Source: Vicugna vicugna
Lineage: Eukaryota
Direction: 5' to 3'
Assembly (NCBI GenBank): GCA_013265495.1
Contig: MU061056.1
Span: forward strand, 4,902,118 to 4,966,117
Length of the DNA stretch: 64,000 nucleotides
The translations under genes were made by a program, and so were the position numbers. The notes under the pieces were generated by a model. The model was not told where the DNA came from and ran no database searches. It saw only the letters and a program-made list of their open reading frames with translations. Shown here one piece after another: positions 9,741-23,160 of this stretch. Every line of letters begins with the position of its first letter. Position 1 is the stretch's first letter.

Positions 9741-12700
9741 CTGAAAGAGAAACCAAGCAAAGGGCTGGATTCTACGCTGGCTTTTTTTTTTTTTTTTTTT
9801 TTCACTTTTTCTCAAAATCTGACTTAGAGGTTAAATTCACAATGGGAGGTTGACATCACTCTCTTTCTTACGAATCCCAGCTCTCTCTTGATCGTATCAC
9901 CCAGGAGCGTGGGTGGAGGAAAGAAGAGTGACTGTGATTTGTACCCGGCCACGGCGGAGCTTATCCAGGAGATGCTCCTAACGTCTGGCTCACGAGCCAG
10001 CGAACCGTGCCAGCTGTGGAAACGTTAGGCTTACGGGGCTTGCTGTATCTGAATCACATCCAGAACTTTTTTTAAGAACCTGGATTAGTTACGATATGCT
10101 GGAGATTCAGGTTGTCCCTTCGGTTGATGAAGAAGCAACCTCTTCAAAGCCAACCCCTGCTGGTCTAAGTTTTCCCTTTTCTTCTTTTTCCCTTCGGTGT
10201 GAGTTCCGTCCAGTGCAGTCCGTTGACATCGTCTGCTGCTTTCCTGTGTCTGCTTTCATTTTGCCTGGAGAAAGTGAAGCTCGTATATCACTACACGTCG
10301 GTTATAAAAAGAGTGTCTGATTCAGAACCGCACAGGCCTGCTTCTTGAGTGGATGGGGACGATCAGATTGATCACTTAAGGCAAATGTTAGTTTCATGAC
10401 CTCAAAGAGGAGGCTATCACAAAGAAGGTACTACGTAGGGATGTCCACTTTGCAAGAACATCACTGACCCCAAGTATAGTACATCTTCCTTCTTCAACGA
10501 CGTGGCCTTATCTACTTCATCTCACTTCAAACAGCATGGAATTTAGTTTTCTCTCAAATTAGTTTCTGCTACTTGTGTGAAAAACAGTCAAAGTTCATAA
10601 CTGGAGGAGCTGTTTTAAAAAAAAAGAAATCACTGCTTTGGAAAACTCTTGCTTCGCACCCATAGGGCTTGCAACATTTCTTTGTTAAAATGTAGACGCG
10701 AAATGGGAAAACTACTTCCCATTAGCCCTTCTTTTAAATATTTTTTTGTCTGTTGTTATGCCCTAACTGTTACATCCTTTGCCCAGAGCCCCTGCACTTC
10801 ATCCATTGCAGTCAGCAGCAGTCCTCCATAAACAGCTTCCTGCTTTTTCCACAGAGATAAAAATAAAAGAGTAAAAATGGCCAACTCTCTTGCAAGACCT
10901 CAAGTATAAACAGGATTTTTTTAAGGGATCCCGTAGAACCTCCTGTAAGTGACTGTATGTCGTGGGGAGCTGGTACTGGCACCGCTGGCTCCTGGTTAGT
11001 GATTTTGATGTGAATTCCATATAAGCTCTCTGGTCAATGTGAGATGAAGGACCACAGGAGGAGGGTAAACAGGGTCCAAAAGTCAGTTATTGCTCCCTCT
11101 GCCAATGATTCACTAAGGGACTTTGAAGAATTCACTCATTTCTTCCCTCTGATAAAGTTATTTGACATGAAGGAGAAGTGGCAATGCTTTCTTATCTTCT
11201 CAGGAGCCAGAAGCTATAAAGACAGGGCTGTGGCCAAGTCTACTTTCAACTGTTTCTCCATAAATCCTTTGTGAAGAAACACTTAGGAAAGCTCAGCTGT
11301 TGAAAGATGACCCAAAGAGAAAGTGCCTAATTGTGTAGGTGGCTGAGTGAATGGGACAAAAGGGAGTTAATACAAAAAGATCTGTTAGAAAAGAGGAGGC
11401 ATGTGTTAGAAGTTTTCTTCATTTGGTCATGAACTTTCCTTACCTTTGAACGACTTCATGTTTTAGATCCTATGGCAGAAATTTAAATGGATAGGAAGAT
11501 TGTTCAGTGATGTCTAAGAAGAATTTTTTTTTAATATCCCTTTTCCTAGGGATTAAAGTCTAGGAAGATTTTCAAGTAGGGGCACACACATAGCTCAGTC
11601 AACCAAAGAGAAATTAGAGACAACTTCAGCTTTTTGCTCATGCTGTTTTTACAAATCTTAAGATGCCTCCTCTCAGAGTCATTTGTGAATCTTGTAATAC
11701 TGCATGACAACATTATCCAAAAAATTATTTGTATTTCATGTATTTCACAACTCTTTGATGACATTAAATAGTTTAAGTGATGGGATGTCTTTTTCTTGAA
11801 ATTCTGTACCATAGTTTAAAATGATGCCCTGCACATGAATTAGCCTCATTAAAATTAATGTCTTTAAGTCTTGGAGAATGGTAAAGACTAAAAGCAAAAA
11901 GTCTGACTGCTTGTCCTGCTTCTTGCCATCATAGCATCATCTTAAAGAAAAAAAAGAGATCTCTTCATTCTCCACTTGAGCCCTAAGTGAATGGAGTTAA
12001 CAAAACAGAAAGTAACTATGCAATCTGGGTCTTCCGGTTTACATGCCTAGAGAGTTGCATAAAAATAGTAAAGGGCTAAAGCTTCCAGTGAAGTTATTTT
12101 TTCGAAGAGAACAATTTCTGAAAATTGGAACTGAAATTATAGTTTGCACATTGTGATGCATTGAAATCCCCTTCTACTTTGCTCTAAATAGCATTGTACT
12201 ATATCCAATTGCGGGGATGGAATAAAATTACCACAGGAGATTTCTAAGTATTACTCTTAAACCTAAATGCTGCCTGTTACACATGAAACTCCATGAACAC
12301 GGAAAAGAAGCAAACCAAGGTGACATTAGCAGAGTTAATGCTTTGTGGTGTGTGATCTTTACTAATGGAAAGGAACAAGTTTTCTATTTTTGTATATATG
12401 TATATATCAGAAATGTGTGCTTATATATTACACATACACATATGAATCTACATATTATATTTTTATGTTTACATACATTTTTATAATTTAGCTACTAAAA
12501 GCTGTGCCCAAAGGACATATTCCTATAACCCTTTTAAAATTAAAAGCTTTTGAACCAAAGGGAACTTAAAAAGCCGTAACTTTTTCTTTTTTTGCCAGAG
12601 ACAGATGAAATTTTCCATTGTCATGAACCAGTGATGATTTATAAACACAATTACCAGTGATATCCTGGAAAGGGAATCTAGGGGAATTCAAATTAGGTTT

Positions 12701-13089
12701 TAAAAAATGACTCCCAATTTATTATACACTCCCAGAAACTATTAGCAACTTGCTTTTTCTTGATATACAAATGTCCTTGTCTCTCAGATTTTCCCACAAC
12801 GGTTTCTCTTTTGTGTTGTTTTTAATACCTCACTGACCTTCCCGCCTATTTGTCAAAAGGGGCTAGTGTGAGTATACGCTAGCTCTCTGAATGACACGAC
12901 TTCTTTTGTATTTGGTCCATTTTTGGGATGGTTTCATATGAATCTGTGTTTGTATTACTTCTTGATTTATTGATGTAGTTAAGTATACATTTTTCAAAGT
13001 TAATGTTGCCAATAATGGTCCAAATTCTCAGGTGTCTCCTGATACAATGTATTTCCCTTTTATGGCATTTCTGCCAAAAGTGCATATCC

Positions 13090-13574
13090 TGAATCTAATC
13101 ATGAAGAAAAATCAGACAAAACAAACCCGATTTGAAGGACATTCTAACAAAATAACTGGCCTCTGGGTTTAAAAAGTGGCAGGGTGAAACACAAAGAAAG
13201 GCCAAGTAACTACTCCAGACTAAAGGACATAACAGGACATGACCATCACGTGCAATGAGTGATTCTGACTTGGATCCTGGAGTTGGTGGGGGAAAAGCTA
13301 TAAAGGGTATCACTGGGACAACTGGCACAACTTGACTATGGATCATAGATTAGACAATAGTGTCGATGTTAAGTTTTCTGATTTTAAATAATTCTCTTAC
13401 ATAAGAGAATGTCTGTTCTTAGGAAATACATGCTGATATTTTTAAGGGTAAAGAGGCATGATGCCTGTAGCTTCCTCTCATGATTTATGGAAAATTAAAA
13501 TTTGTATAAATTCTTTAAAATTATAATTATAGATTATATAAAATTTTTTGTAAATTACATGAGAAAGTATGTAT

Positions 13575-13609
<35 letters not shown>

Positions 13610-13745
13610 CATATATATATAAAATGAGAGAGAGAGAAGACTCAACACGTGGTAAGACTGATAAAGTATACACTGGACTTTATACTTTCTCTGCAACTTT
13701 TGAAAGTTTGAAATTATATCAAAATGAAAACTTACTAAAAGTAAT
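13090..13745 (+). mobile_element. L1MC/L1ME 3' end with embedded (CA)n(TA)n
   Basis: gacattctaacaaaataactggcct, aaagctataaagg, gagaatgtctgttcttaggaaataca and ttttctctgcaacttttgaaagtttgaaatt are diagnostic old-L1 3' UTR motifs. Microsatellite at about 13574-13620. Confidence 0.85.
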
Positions 13746-14399
13746 AAATATACCCCTTACTTTATTATATTTGTCTTTCTTATGGAATAATTTAGGATTA
13801 CTGTTGTGAGAAATAATAATTTTCATGTTTATATGTTCCTTTTTTTTTGCTAACTCTTTCTCTTGGGGTCCACATCACATATGAGAAGAGTACCAGCTTT
13901 TCCAAAACCTTCTGCTACAACTAATGAGGAATCTGGTGCAGTGTTAATTTTGACTAAAAAAGATAAGTGTTGAATGGTAACACCGGCTGACGGGGAGGCA
14001 TGAATGCTGTTTGATTCCATGTAGGCAGAGCACATCCAGCTGTGGAGGCCGGGGGGGCCCGGGTGGGGGGCGGAGTTTGAAAAGAAAAAGTTTTATAAAA
14101 TTTCTGCAGTCTGGAAAATAAGGAATGCTCATCATTTTCCAACAGTTTTGGACGCGAAATTAATTCTTAAGAGAAATCACTGAAATCAGAATACAAAGAC
14201 AAGCATAAGGAAATGTTAAAACATTTAATTTTTTTGGCTGCAGTGTTTTATGCTATTCTTTAGTCCTTTCTTTTACTTTCAATTAAATGCAATTCTCTTT
14301 ACATTTCATTTATGATTCAAAGAGAAAAATTCAGCCTTTTTGACACATTAGGATGTGATAACTAATTCGTGTATAGCTGAATATACTGAACTACATACA

Positions 14400-14680
14400 A
14401 GGCATTGAACTAGATCCTAACAGAATCTAAGGATAAAAAGACTAGTAATATAACGTCTGTTGTGGGAACATACAGTTTGAAGTTAGTAGTGGAGGAAACA
14501 GACTGTTAAACAGATCATGAGAAGGTTAAAATTCTGTAGCATAAGTGCTGTGGTGGGCGTGAAAAGCTCTGGGAGCAAGCAGAAAGGCATTTAGAAAGGC
14601 GTGGTTATTAGGGAAAACTCCAAGGAGAGTTTTAGACCTAAAGAGCCACAAAGAAAAGACAAAGAAGTGAGAGAGAGAAT
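14400..14680 (-). mobile_element. L2 LINE 3' fragment
   Basis: ggcattgaactag..ggaggaaacagactgttaaacagatca..ataagtgctgtgg is an antisense L2 pattern. Confidence 0.55.
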
Positions 14681-15384
14681 GTTAAGCATTTCTCCACTTA
14701 CCATTTTTCTGAACCCTTGGAAGGTAAAACCAAGAGTATTTTGGATTGTTGTACCTGTAATTTGAGATCTAAGCCCCTAGTGGTAAAATTGCAGACACCG
14801 AGTCTGGTCCTGTCCTTTCTGAGGTCTTGGCAGACTCACCCCAGGGATTTTTCTGGGTCTGCTATATGGCATAGGCGTGACCTCCGAAGTAGCAAAATTA
14901 TAAAAATGCAGGTAAACATAAAAATACAGTACACAGATTTATGCATGTGTATGTGTGATAGTATATATGCACATATTTCATATATATGTAACAAAAATGG
15001 AAAATTTCTTCCTTTCCATTAGTAAAAGATCACACTCCACAAAGCAGTACTCAGCTAATGTCACCTTGATTTGCCACTTTTCCCCATTCGTGGAGCGTCC
15101 ATGTATAACAGGCAGCACCTGAGGTTAAGAGTAATGCTCCGAAATCTGTGATAATTTTATTCCATCACCTCTGGAGCCACTAGCTTAACCTTTCCTGCCT
15201 CACTGCATCCATAACCCCTGCTGAGGTTCCTGGGCGGTCTTTTGAGGACAGTCCAGCCGCTAAGTATCTGCCCCCTCTTTATCACAGGTAACTTCTAATT
15301 AGTGTGACCTTTATCATCATGGTGCTGTCTGAAGGACTTAAGGGCTAAAATGCCACGGTGCACGCTACCCGTGGGACTCACCAT

Positions 15385-16520
15385 TTAGAACGTGCTCTGT
15401 CATTATCTCTTTAATATTGCCTCTTCAACTAGTCTCTCTATTTTGGAACTCTGGTTGAAAATACAGAAGAAGGCGGACCTCTTACTTTATTCTTCATGTC
15501 TCTTAAACACTTTGTGATAGCTTTCTTTTTTACTCCATTAGCTGAATTCAGGATAGTGTTTTTTGGATTTATCTTCTAGTTTACCAATTCTCTCCTCAGC
15601 TGTATCCATTCTCTTTACTCTGTCCATTGAGATTTTAATTTCTAAAACTGCTATTTGATTCTTTTAAAAATACACTCTTCGTGTTTTATAGTCTCATTTT
15701 CCTGGCTGCTAGTTTCAAGTTCCTCTTTTATTTCTTTAAGATTAAAAACATAATTATGTTACATTGTCTATCAAAAATTCCAATATTGAAGTCTTTGTGG
15801 TTATTTTCTGCTGTTGTGTTGGTTGAGCCTGTCTTATGTTTTAGTGTTTCCTGTATTGTTTGCACCTATTTTTACCGGGAGCTCATGTTCTTTTTAACTA
15901 TGGGAATTCATTAATGTCTGGCTTGAAGTCATATTCCTCCAAAGAGAATTTTCATTTGCTTTTTCAGTCATCTTAGGCACATGTGCTTTTAAGTTGGATG
16001 ACTTCAAATAAAATTCTCTGCCAAGTGTTCTGTATCACGTAGGTAGGTGAATTTGAGCGTCAGTTGTGTAAATTCTCAAGATATCTTTTTTTTTTCCTTC
16101 TTTGCTCCAAGTTTGAGATAGGCAAATTTCTGTGTTGTCCATTTTCGTGAGGTGGGTTTATTTTAAATTTGTTGTAAGGCTGAGGGTAGGTAGCTCTCTG
16201 ATGTCTCAGCATTATGTGGGTCTACCTTACTATTTACTTTCCCACCTTGGGCATGTATTTACCTCCTGCCATCCACACCCCATGCAGCTGTCATGGGGAA
16301 GCTCAAGGTCTCCAAGCACAAGCCCTCGGAGGGAAAGCTGGCACTGGTACTTACCTAACTTCTAGATTTCTGCTTTCATTTAAATTTTGGCTTCTGTGGC
16401 CTTCTTTTGTGCCATCTCAGCAAAGCAATTAAAGATCTATTTTTTCTTAATTCAACGTTTTAGTCATCTCTATTGGCAAGGCCTTTCAGGATATCTGGTC
16501 TATAACAGTGCCAGAAACAG
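15385..16520 (-). mobile_element. HAL1 / old L1 ORF1-5' region fragment
   Basis: tcttctagtttaccaattctctcctcagctgtatcc..ccattgagattttaatttc and ttacattgtctatc..ttccaatatt..gtctttgtgg are typical antisense L1ME/HAL1 ORF1 sequence. Confidence 0.7.
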
Positions 16521-19149
16521 AAGTTGGGTCTAAGCTTTCTACCAGCCAACAAGAAGAGGGAAATCTAATCAATTATATGGTCACAGTGGCCAGGAGAAAA
16601 ATGATTCTCTGTTGCTTTGGAGAGAGACAACGATTTTTGGCATTGAGGACAGATTGAATTTCTTTTCAATAGCCATTCCAGCAGGCACCATGGTCTTTCC
16701 TGTTGCTTGGATGGCCCAGTAGGTCTGGGCTTGAGAACTGACACCCTTTAGAGTGGCAAAGCTGTGTGGTGGTGTTTGGTAGGGAAGAAGATCCAGGAGA
16801 TAAATCGTTCTTTCTATGTCGTGCTGCACTCCATAAGATCGGTCCCAAAGTGACGTAGCTTTCCCAAGAGGCTTCTGAATTATCGTGCCTATCCTTTCAA
16901 TTTCTTAGTCTTGCTCAGCCAGACTGGAATCTCTTATTGCCCAGGCACAGAAGGTAATTTTTTACAGAGTTGGCCTCCAAGTGACACAGGTGGAGTGGGT
17001 CCACTCTCATGTAGTAAAGCTGAGTCATAACATTATTTACACCCTTGATATGGCCTGGTCTGACCACCCTAAAAACACATCTCTAGATAAGCTGAAATCA
17101 AAGATCAAAATGTTTTATAGTTAAAGAATATCTTCTGTAATTGTAAACCATTATAAATTTGATACCTTGTTCTAGTTATATTTTAATTTAGTTTGCTGGC
17201 AAATAAAGCATATAAAGTGAAAGAGTACTTACTTGGTTAGATGAAACTGCTAAGATTAAAGATGATTAAGTGCATTAAAAATTGAGCATTTTGAATAATA
17301 CTTGGCTTCTAGCTTGTTTTCTAGAAGAGTGAAGAGATTATATGGCAAACGGAATTCTAGATTTCTGTTTCAACTTAAATAAAAGTATGTGGAAATATTA
17401 ATTAAAAAAACTGTTTGCAAAGCAATGCTACATAAATCTCATTCTGAGAGCAGCACTAAAAACCTGGTTATTTAAAGCTTCTATACCTGGGAGAGTTGAG
17501 AGGAAGAGACATTTTATTACGAACTTAGAAAAGTTCAGTGAATTAATAATACCAATCACCAAGAAGGGATTTATACGTTGAGGATAAACTTCAGTCAAAA
17601 GAGAAATGACTTGCAGTTTCAGCTGGATTTTAGTAAGGAAACAAAAGATCGAAAGCAATTGTGTGAGTTCCCTTATCTTGTATGCATAGTGAAACAGAAC
17701 TAATATTCTTAGAAAGTTTTCTGTTATATCTCAGAAATAATAAAAAGTATTGAAAGGATTTCATGAAGTGAATTTGAAAGATTGTGAAATAAACCATATC
17801 TCATTGGTTGAGACCCTCAACTGCAAGAAATAGCCAGGACTGGTGGTTCTGGCCGCATGGTGAGTTTAGCAGAAACTCTTACCTGTCTCTGAAATGTTTG
17901 GATCAGTAAACTTACTAAATTATACTTTTTGTCTTATTTTTTAACCCAGCTATTGTTTTCTCTCTTGTGCATGACTGATAATAGCAACTTTAAATTTATA
18001 GTCTTTTGTTTTGTTTTTTTTTACGGTTTCTGCAGGTATTTTTCTGATGTCTAGCGATTTTTTCCCGTTGTAGACAGCTTCTCCACAACGACTTAACGGT
18101 TGCACAGCAGGCGGGATATATAGATTCCAACCTTTGCTTCATAAGCAGGAAATTACTATTCTTAGGTTCAGGGATTTTTTTTTCCCCCCTTAAAAATAAG
18201 AACTTGTTTTGTCAGCTAGAAGAGCCCCGCTCCAAAGCACCAGGGTTCAGTGTGAATGTTCAGACCTGTGAGTGAATTCTTAAGTCTACAGTTTTGTCAA
18301 AATTTAGAGAAAGCATCTGAAGAATAACCATTCCCCCTTTTTTTTAACTCCACTCAGTTCGTTGGAACTGAAATAATCCCAATGATATTATCACACTGGT
18401 TTCCCACTGAGCATTTTTATGTGAGTTTGGTAAGCCCATGAAGAAGTAATTGTTTATCCAAAGAAGCTTCAAACTATGACACAAGAATAATCACCCACTT
18501 TAAGGGTAGGGGTGGTTTTTAGTTTTGAACCTAAGCATTTATGCTATTTTACGAAGGGAAATAGGGGTGACTATTGATACTGAAAATGTTCTATAAATTT
18601 TGTAATTAAATCCAAAGAGTATTTTAAGTTGATGAAGTAAAATAATGTGAAATTCCTTATTTTGAATTTAAATGCAGATGTTAAAATTTCATTGGGTGGT
18701 GTTTTATCCCCCACATTATAAAATCTAATTTAAGCTTTCCACCCACCTCTCCCCAAGCTTTGGGTGTAAAGCATCAAGATTCATCTGATTTATTTTCCTA
18801 TTTACCCATTATATTCTCCTCATTTGTGACTTCACATTATTCACATGATTTTAGGATTTTCAGAAAATGTCAAATGTTACCCATCCTCATAGTAAATATT
18901 CTGTACAGATGATCACTCATGCATTGTTTCAGGTGTAAATGATCTTTCAGGGCTGACTGGTTGGTTTAAAAGTTTTCACAAATGAAACTTCTAAAAAAAC
19001 CCTATAGAATCTATCCTCTTTATTGAGACGATTTTTTCCACATTGTGAAAATCTTTTCTCTAGGGCCTGTACTTTCATCAGGAGGGTAGAGAGTCTGCAG
19101 GGACTGGTGGAAACTGTAGGTTTTGTCTGTTCAGCCTTATTTCCCATCC

Positions 19150-19662
19150 TCCTCTTTCTACTCCTTCCCTATTCTTAGTGATCCAGGTGGCGATGTCAGT
19201 CAGAATGGCCTGTCCCCACTTCATGGGTAAGCATGTGGCCAGGTCTAGCTATTGGAGTGCCAAGGATTGATTCAGGAATGTGCACGTGACTCAGGAAAAA
19301 TAAATTAGTGCCATTTCAGAGGTTGATATTCAGCTTTGATGGGTGGAGGATGTCTAGTTCTACTGTAATTGCTAAGCAGGGCCGAAGTGCATCTGGGGCT
19401 GCGGGACGTCATCTTGTCCGACACACATACAGTAAAAGCCTGCCTAGGGTACAGCAAGCGGAGATGAGCGTCGCTGAAGGATGGGGAAGGAGAGAGGAGA
19501 GCTCTTCAAGAACATTACTTTTTTGACCTGTGGATTCATCTCTGCTTAAAGATACACCCTTTTCTAACTTCCCAACCGCCAAGTCACCACATACCCCCTT
19601 TCCATAAGCCAGTTTGAGTTGGGTTACGTTCCTGTCCAACCAAAAAGGCTCTTAACTAATAA
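19150..19662 (+). mobile_element. Old MaLR LTR (MLT1K/L/J-type)
   Basis: 3' end ataagccagtttgagttgggttac..caaccaaaaaggctcttaactaata matches the old MLT1 terminus; catgtggccaggtctagc..cacgtgac lies internally. The 5' boundary is uncertain. Confidence 0.65.
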
Positions 19663-21039
19663 TGCGGTCCCTACCGCAGCGCTTCTGTCAAGACTTGAGT
19701 GTAGTTCTGCTTAAGCTCTTTCTCTATCCTTCTTTCTCTCTCTCTTCTCCTATATAGTCTGCCAACAACCAGATAAGATATGTTGATGTTTTTGTGCTAA
19801 TAGGAACAAATTCACCAGAACACAAAGAGTGACTTCACGGTGCAGTTCGAACACAGATTCCCCACTGAGAAACCACGGAGATGTTTGTAGTTACTCGCGG
19901 CCTTGTGTAATAACTTTGGACATGATGCTTTCATTTGCAGCTACCGTTGTGTGGAGCTGAGAGCATCCTGGGGGTTAACCTGTAGGACAATGTAAAGAGG
20001 AGCGTATATTCTTTCAAGGCACTTGTAGCTGTCATTTTATTTTTTGAGAGTTATGAATGGCAGTATTGTTGCCAACAGCTGTACCGTGAAGGCATTTAAG
20101 CCAGTTATTACTGCCTGTGGTGTCTGAACTCAAAACGTTGCAAACACTGAAATTATGATTTACAGAGTTGAAAAATGTAAGCTTTGAAAGATCTAGCTGT
20201 GTGCCTGGCTCTGTCTTTTCATATTCTCAGACAGATTCTTTTGATCAATCTAAAGCTGAGTGCTTGTAATCTCAATTAATTCAAAAGAGATGGCCAGAAT
20301 ACATCATACCACGTGTAATAACATTAATTTGGAAAGCAGTATGGTAGCACGTTCATTATTTTGAATGTATTTACTTATTTCTCAATATGTTAAACCCGTA
20401 TTATGTGGAACATGATGTAAAGGTTTAGAACATAGTAAAATAATTTCTAAATGTGCGTATCTGAGATGACAATAAATCTGGTTGAACTGAACTGAGATAT
20501 ATTTTGGAATTGGGAAAAATATCATTTTATGTTTCTTGGAAGAACTCTTTGATTTATTGCTAATAACTCATTTCCTTTCAGTAAAATGACTGTCTTTAAT
20601 ACCTTAAGATCTATTATGACACTTAGTTCAGTGGACTAATCTTTGCTGACGTTCTTCCTCGTATCTTACCCAATCTCCTTGTCACCTACATCATACTCTC
20701 CCTTTGGTTAAGATTGATGTAAGAATTCAATAATTGGTGGCTTTTAGTGCTTCATGACTTAGGATAGTAAATAATGCCCCATGTCACATCTTCTTAGGAC
20801 TTGGGCCAATTAAGAGCTACTTCTAAAATATTTGCCAAAGAGTAGCCAATCAAAAATTTCCCAGTCAGTTTACAGTTTAACAGAAGACAAGGTTTCTATT
20901 CAATTTGTGTGCAGAGCATTGTCTGGATATTATTGGGTCATTTAATCAATCTAATCTTTAACTTAAAAAAATTTTAAAGATCCTAGGTATTTTCTGAAAG
21001 GAAGACATCTCATAGTTCATCTAGCAAAATGTTCTCATT

Positions 21040-21200
21040 TTACAGGTTAGGAGACTTTGAGTTGCATGTAACATAAAACTGATTCAAACAACCTTGACTG
21101 GAAATTGAAATTTGGGTGCTCACGGAACTGAATGTTCCAAGTGACAGAAGAGACTTTATCCAGGGCTCAGATTCCAAGATTAGGTGCAGAGTCCTGGCTC
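21040..21200 (-). mobile_element. MIR fragment
   Basis: ctcattttacaggttaggagact..ctttatccagggctcagattccaag. Confidence 0.4.
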
Positions 21201-21699
21201 TCGTTCTCAGTCCTGTCTTCCTAGCTTAGGGCCCAGATCAGAGCACCTGGCCACATGCTTCCTGGAACTCCCACCAAGAAACAGAGTTTGCCTTCCTGAC
21301 ATTTCAGACAAAATCCCCAAAGTGAGTTTTCCTGGCCCTGACTGGCCTGACTTGAGTCATGTGCTGCTCCTTTTCAAATTAATTTCTGTGATAAATGATT
21401 TAGATTTCCTGAATGGCTTAAGGCAACCAACTTCCAATTCTGGAGCTAAAGGCAGGATCAGTCCCATACCAACTGCATTGCAGGGAAATTCAGGTTGCTG
21501 TCTCAGACAAGGGATGCTGGGGAAGCAACCAGCAAAATATACGATGATGACATATGAGAGAATCCAAGTGTCTTGGCTCTATGGTTGCATCTAAACCTAA
21601 TTCAAAAATCCTTTTGTCTGTCCACAAAGGTCTACAAACTGCATATGTTCATACTCTCAACACTGTGTTGGTGGAGGTGTTGAAACACTGTGGTTGTCT

Positions 21700-21880
21700 A
21701 CATAGTCTTTATCAGTGTGTGGTCTGAGATACACTCTATAAAAGACACCTGAGATACCCGGGCAGAATGCAGATTCCTGGGCCCCCTCCTGGGTTTGCTG
21801 AATCAAAACCTGCAGGGGTGGGGCTCAGGAATTTGCATGTTGAATATGTCTCCTTGGCAAATGCCTTGCACTATAAGACA
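21700..21880 (+). mobile_element. MER5A-type DNA transposon
   Basis: aatgcagattcctgggccccctcc..ctgaatcaaaacctgcaggggtggggctcaggaatttgcat is the MER5A core. Confidence 0.85.
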
Positions 21881-22919
21881 TACAATGCATACATTGTTAC
21901 ATAAGCCACAAAATGTTATGGTTAACAAACATTTCAAAACTTTTTTTTTTTTAATCATGTCTGCATCTTGGACTGCACTTGGAAGTATTTTTTATACTGA
22001 CCTTCCAGTTGAGATTATAGCTACTTCTGCACTATAATCTGGTTATCAGCTCCGTTAGGAGGATCATGAGGACTTGCTAAACTTAACAAGCAAGTGGGAA
22101 AATCTGCAGAAGACTGATGGGCAAAGTTGGAAAAAGATCTTTGTGCTACACTACAAAAGGAATATTGGCAGGTGTAAAAATGGTGACGTTAGTACAAGTA
22201 GGAAAGTATAAATATATTTACTATGACAAATGGCATCAAATAAAGCATGCTATTACCCACTTATATTATTTGCTTTTCAGAACTCTTCTATATTGTTTTC
22301 AGAATGTGATTGATAGCTTAAGAACTTGCTCAATCTGCAACGCTTGCATAGTAAAAGTAGGATGTTGACAGTAGCTATTGAAAATCATATGAATGCTGAT
22401 TGTGACATAATAAAAAATACAACATTCACCGTGTTACTTAGTCGGATCCTTGCTTTTGTCTCATAGCACAAATCTCAAGACAAATTTTCCACCTACTTCC
22501 TAGAAACATCCTAGAGAGGACCCACCAGCTCCCATGGAGCTCCCACTGAAAGTCCAAGATGACTTCTGTGACCTTACTAGCAGTGTTTCTTGAAGGCTGA
22601 TTGGGGTGTTGGGGGAAGGTGATTGTCAGTATTGCTTTCAGACAGTAAACAGTGTTTGTGGAGGAACGGTGAAATTAAGGTTATTACCAAATCTGATTTT
22701 TTCCGTTGTACTTTTTTCAGTGCTATAGATTTGTCAGATGTGGTATTGAACCATTGTTTGTTTAGGAAGTTGATGTGATTTTTTTACATGCTGCTTGAGG
22801 AGAAAATAATATGAATAAAGCCGTGAGATAAAATTCTATGAACAATAGTGATTTGAAATAAAATATCAGCAGACTGTAGTCCTTCAAGATAACAGTAGAC
22901 AGTTACTGAGTATTCACAA

Positions 22920-23160
22920 ACCGGCGTCCTCAGTATCACTGAACATGCTAAAGTATATTCTAAGCAATTTGCATGCAGTAATTTATTAATCTTTGGAACA
23001 ACGCTAGGAGATGGGTTTTGCTATTATACCCATTTTACAGATGAGGAAACTGAGGCATAGGGAAGTTAATCAATTTGCCTAAATTCATTCATCTAGTAAT
23101 TTAGGGAATTGGAATTTGAATCCAGGCAGTCTGGATCCAGATCCTTGCTCTTAACTATCA
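22920..23160 (-). mobile_element. MIR SINE (near full length)
   Basis: cccattttacagatgaggaaactgaggcatagggaagtt..ggaatttgaatccaggcagtctgg..ctcttaac. Confidence 0.92.

Noticed and set aside
21184-21594. 136-aa plus ORF
   Set aside because: Non-ATG start, overlaps a MIR end, and has no domain or splice support.
22030-22560. Possible coding exon or hAT-derived element
   Set aside because: An acceptor-like ttttcag is present but frames close quickly, and the similarity to Charlie elements is too weak to call.
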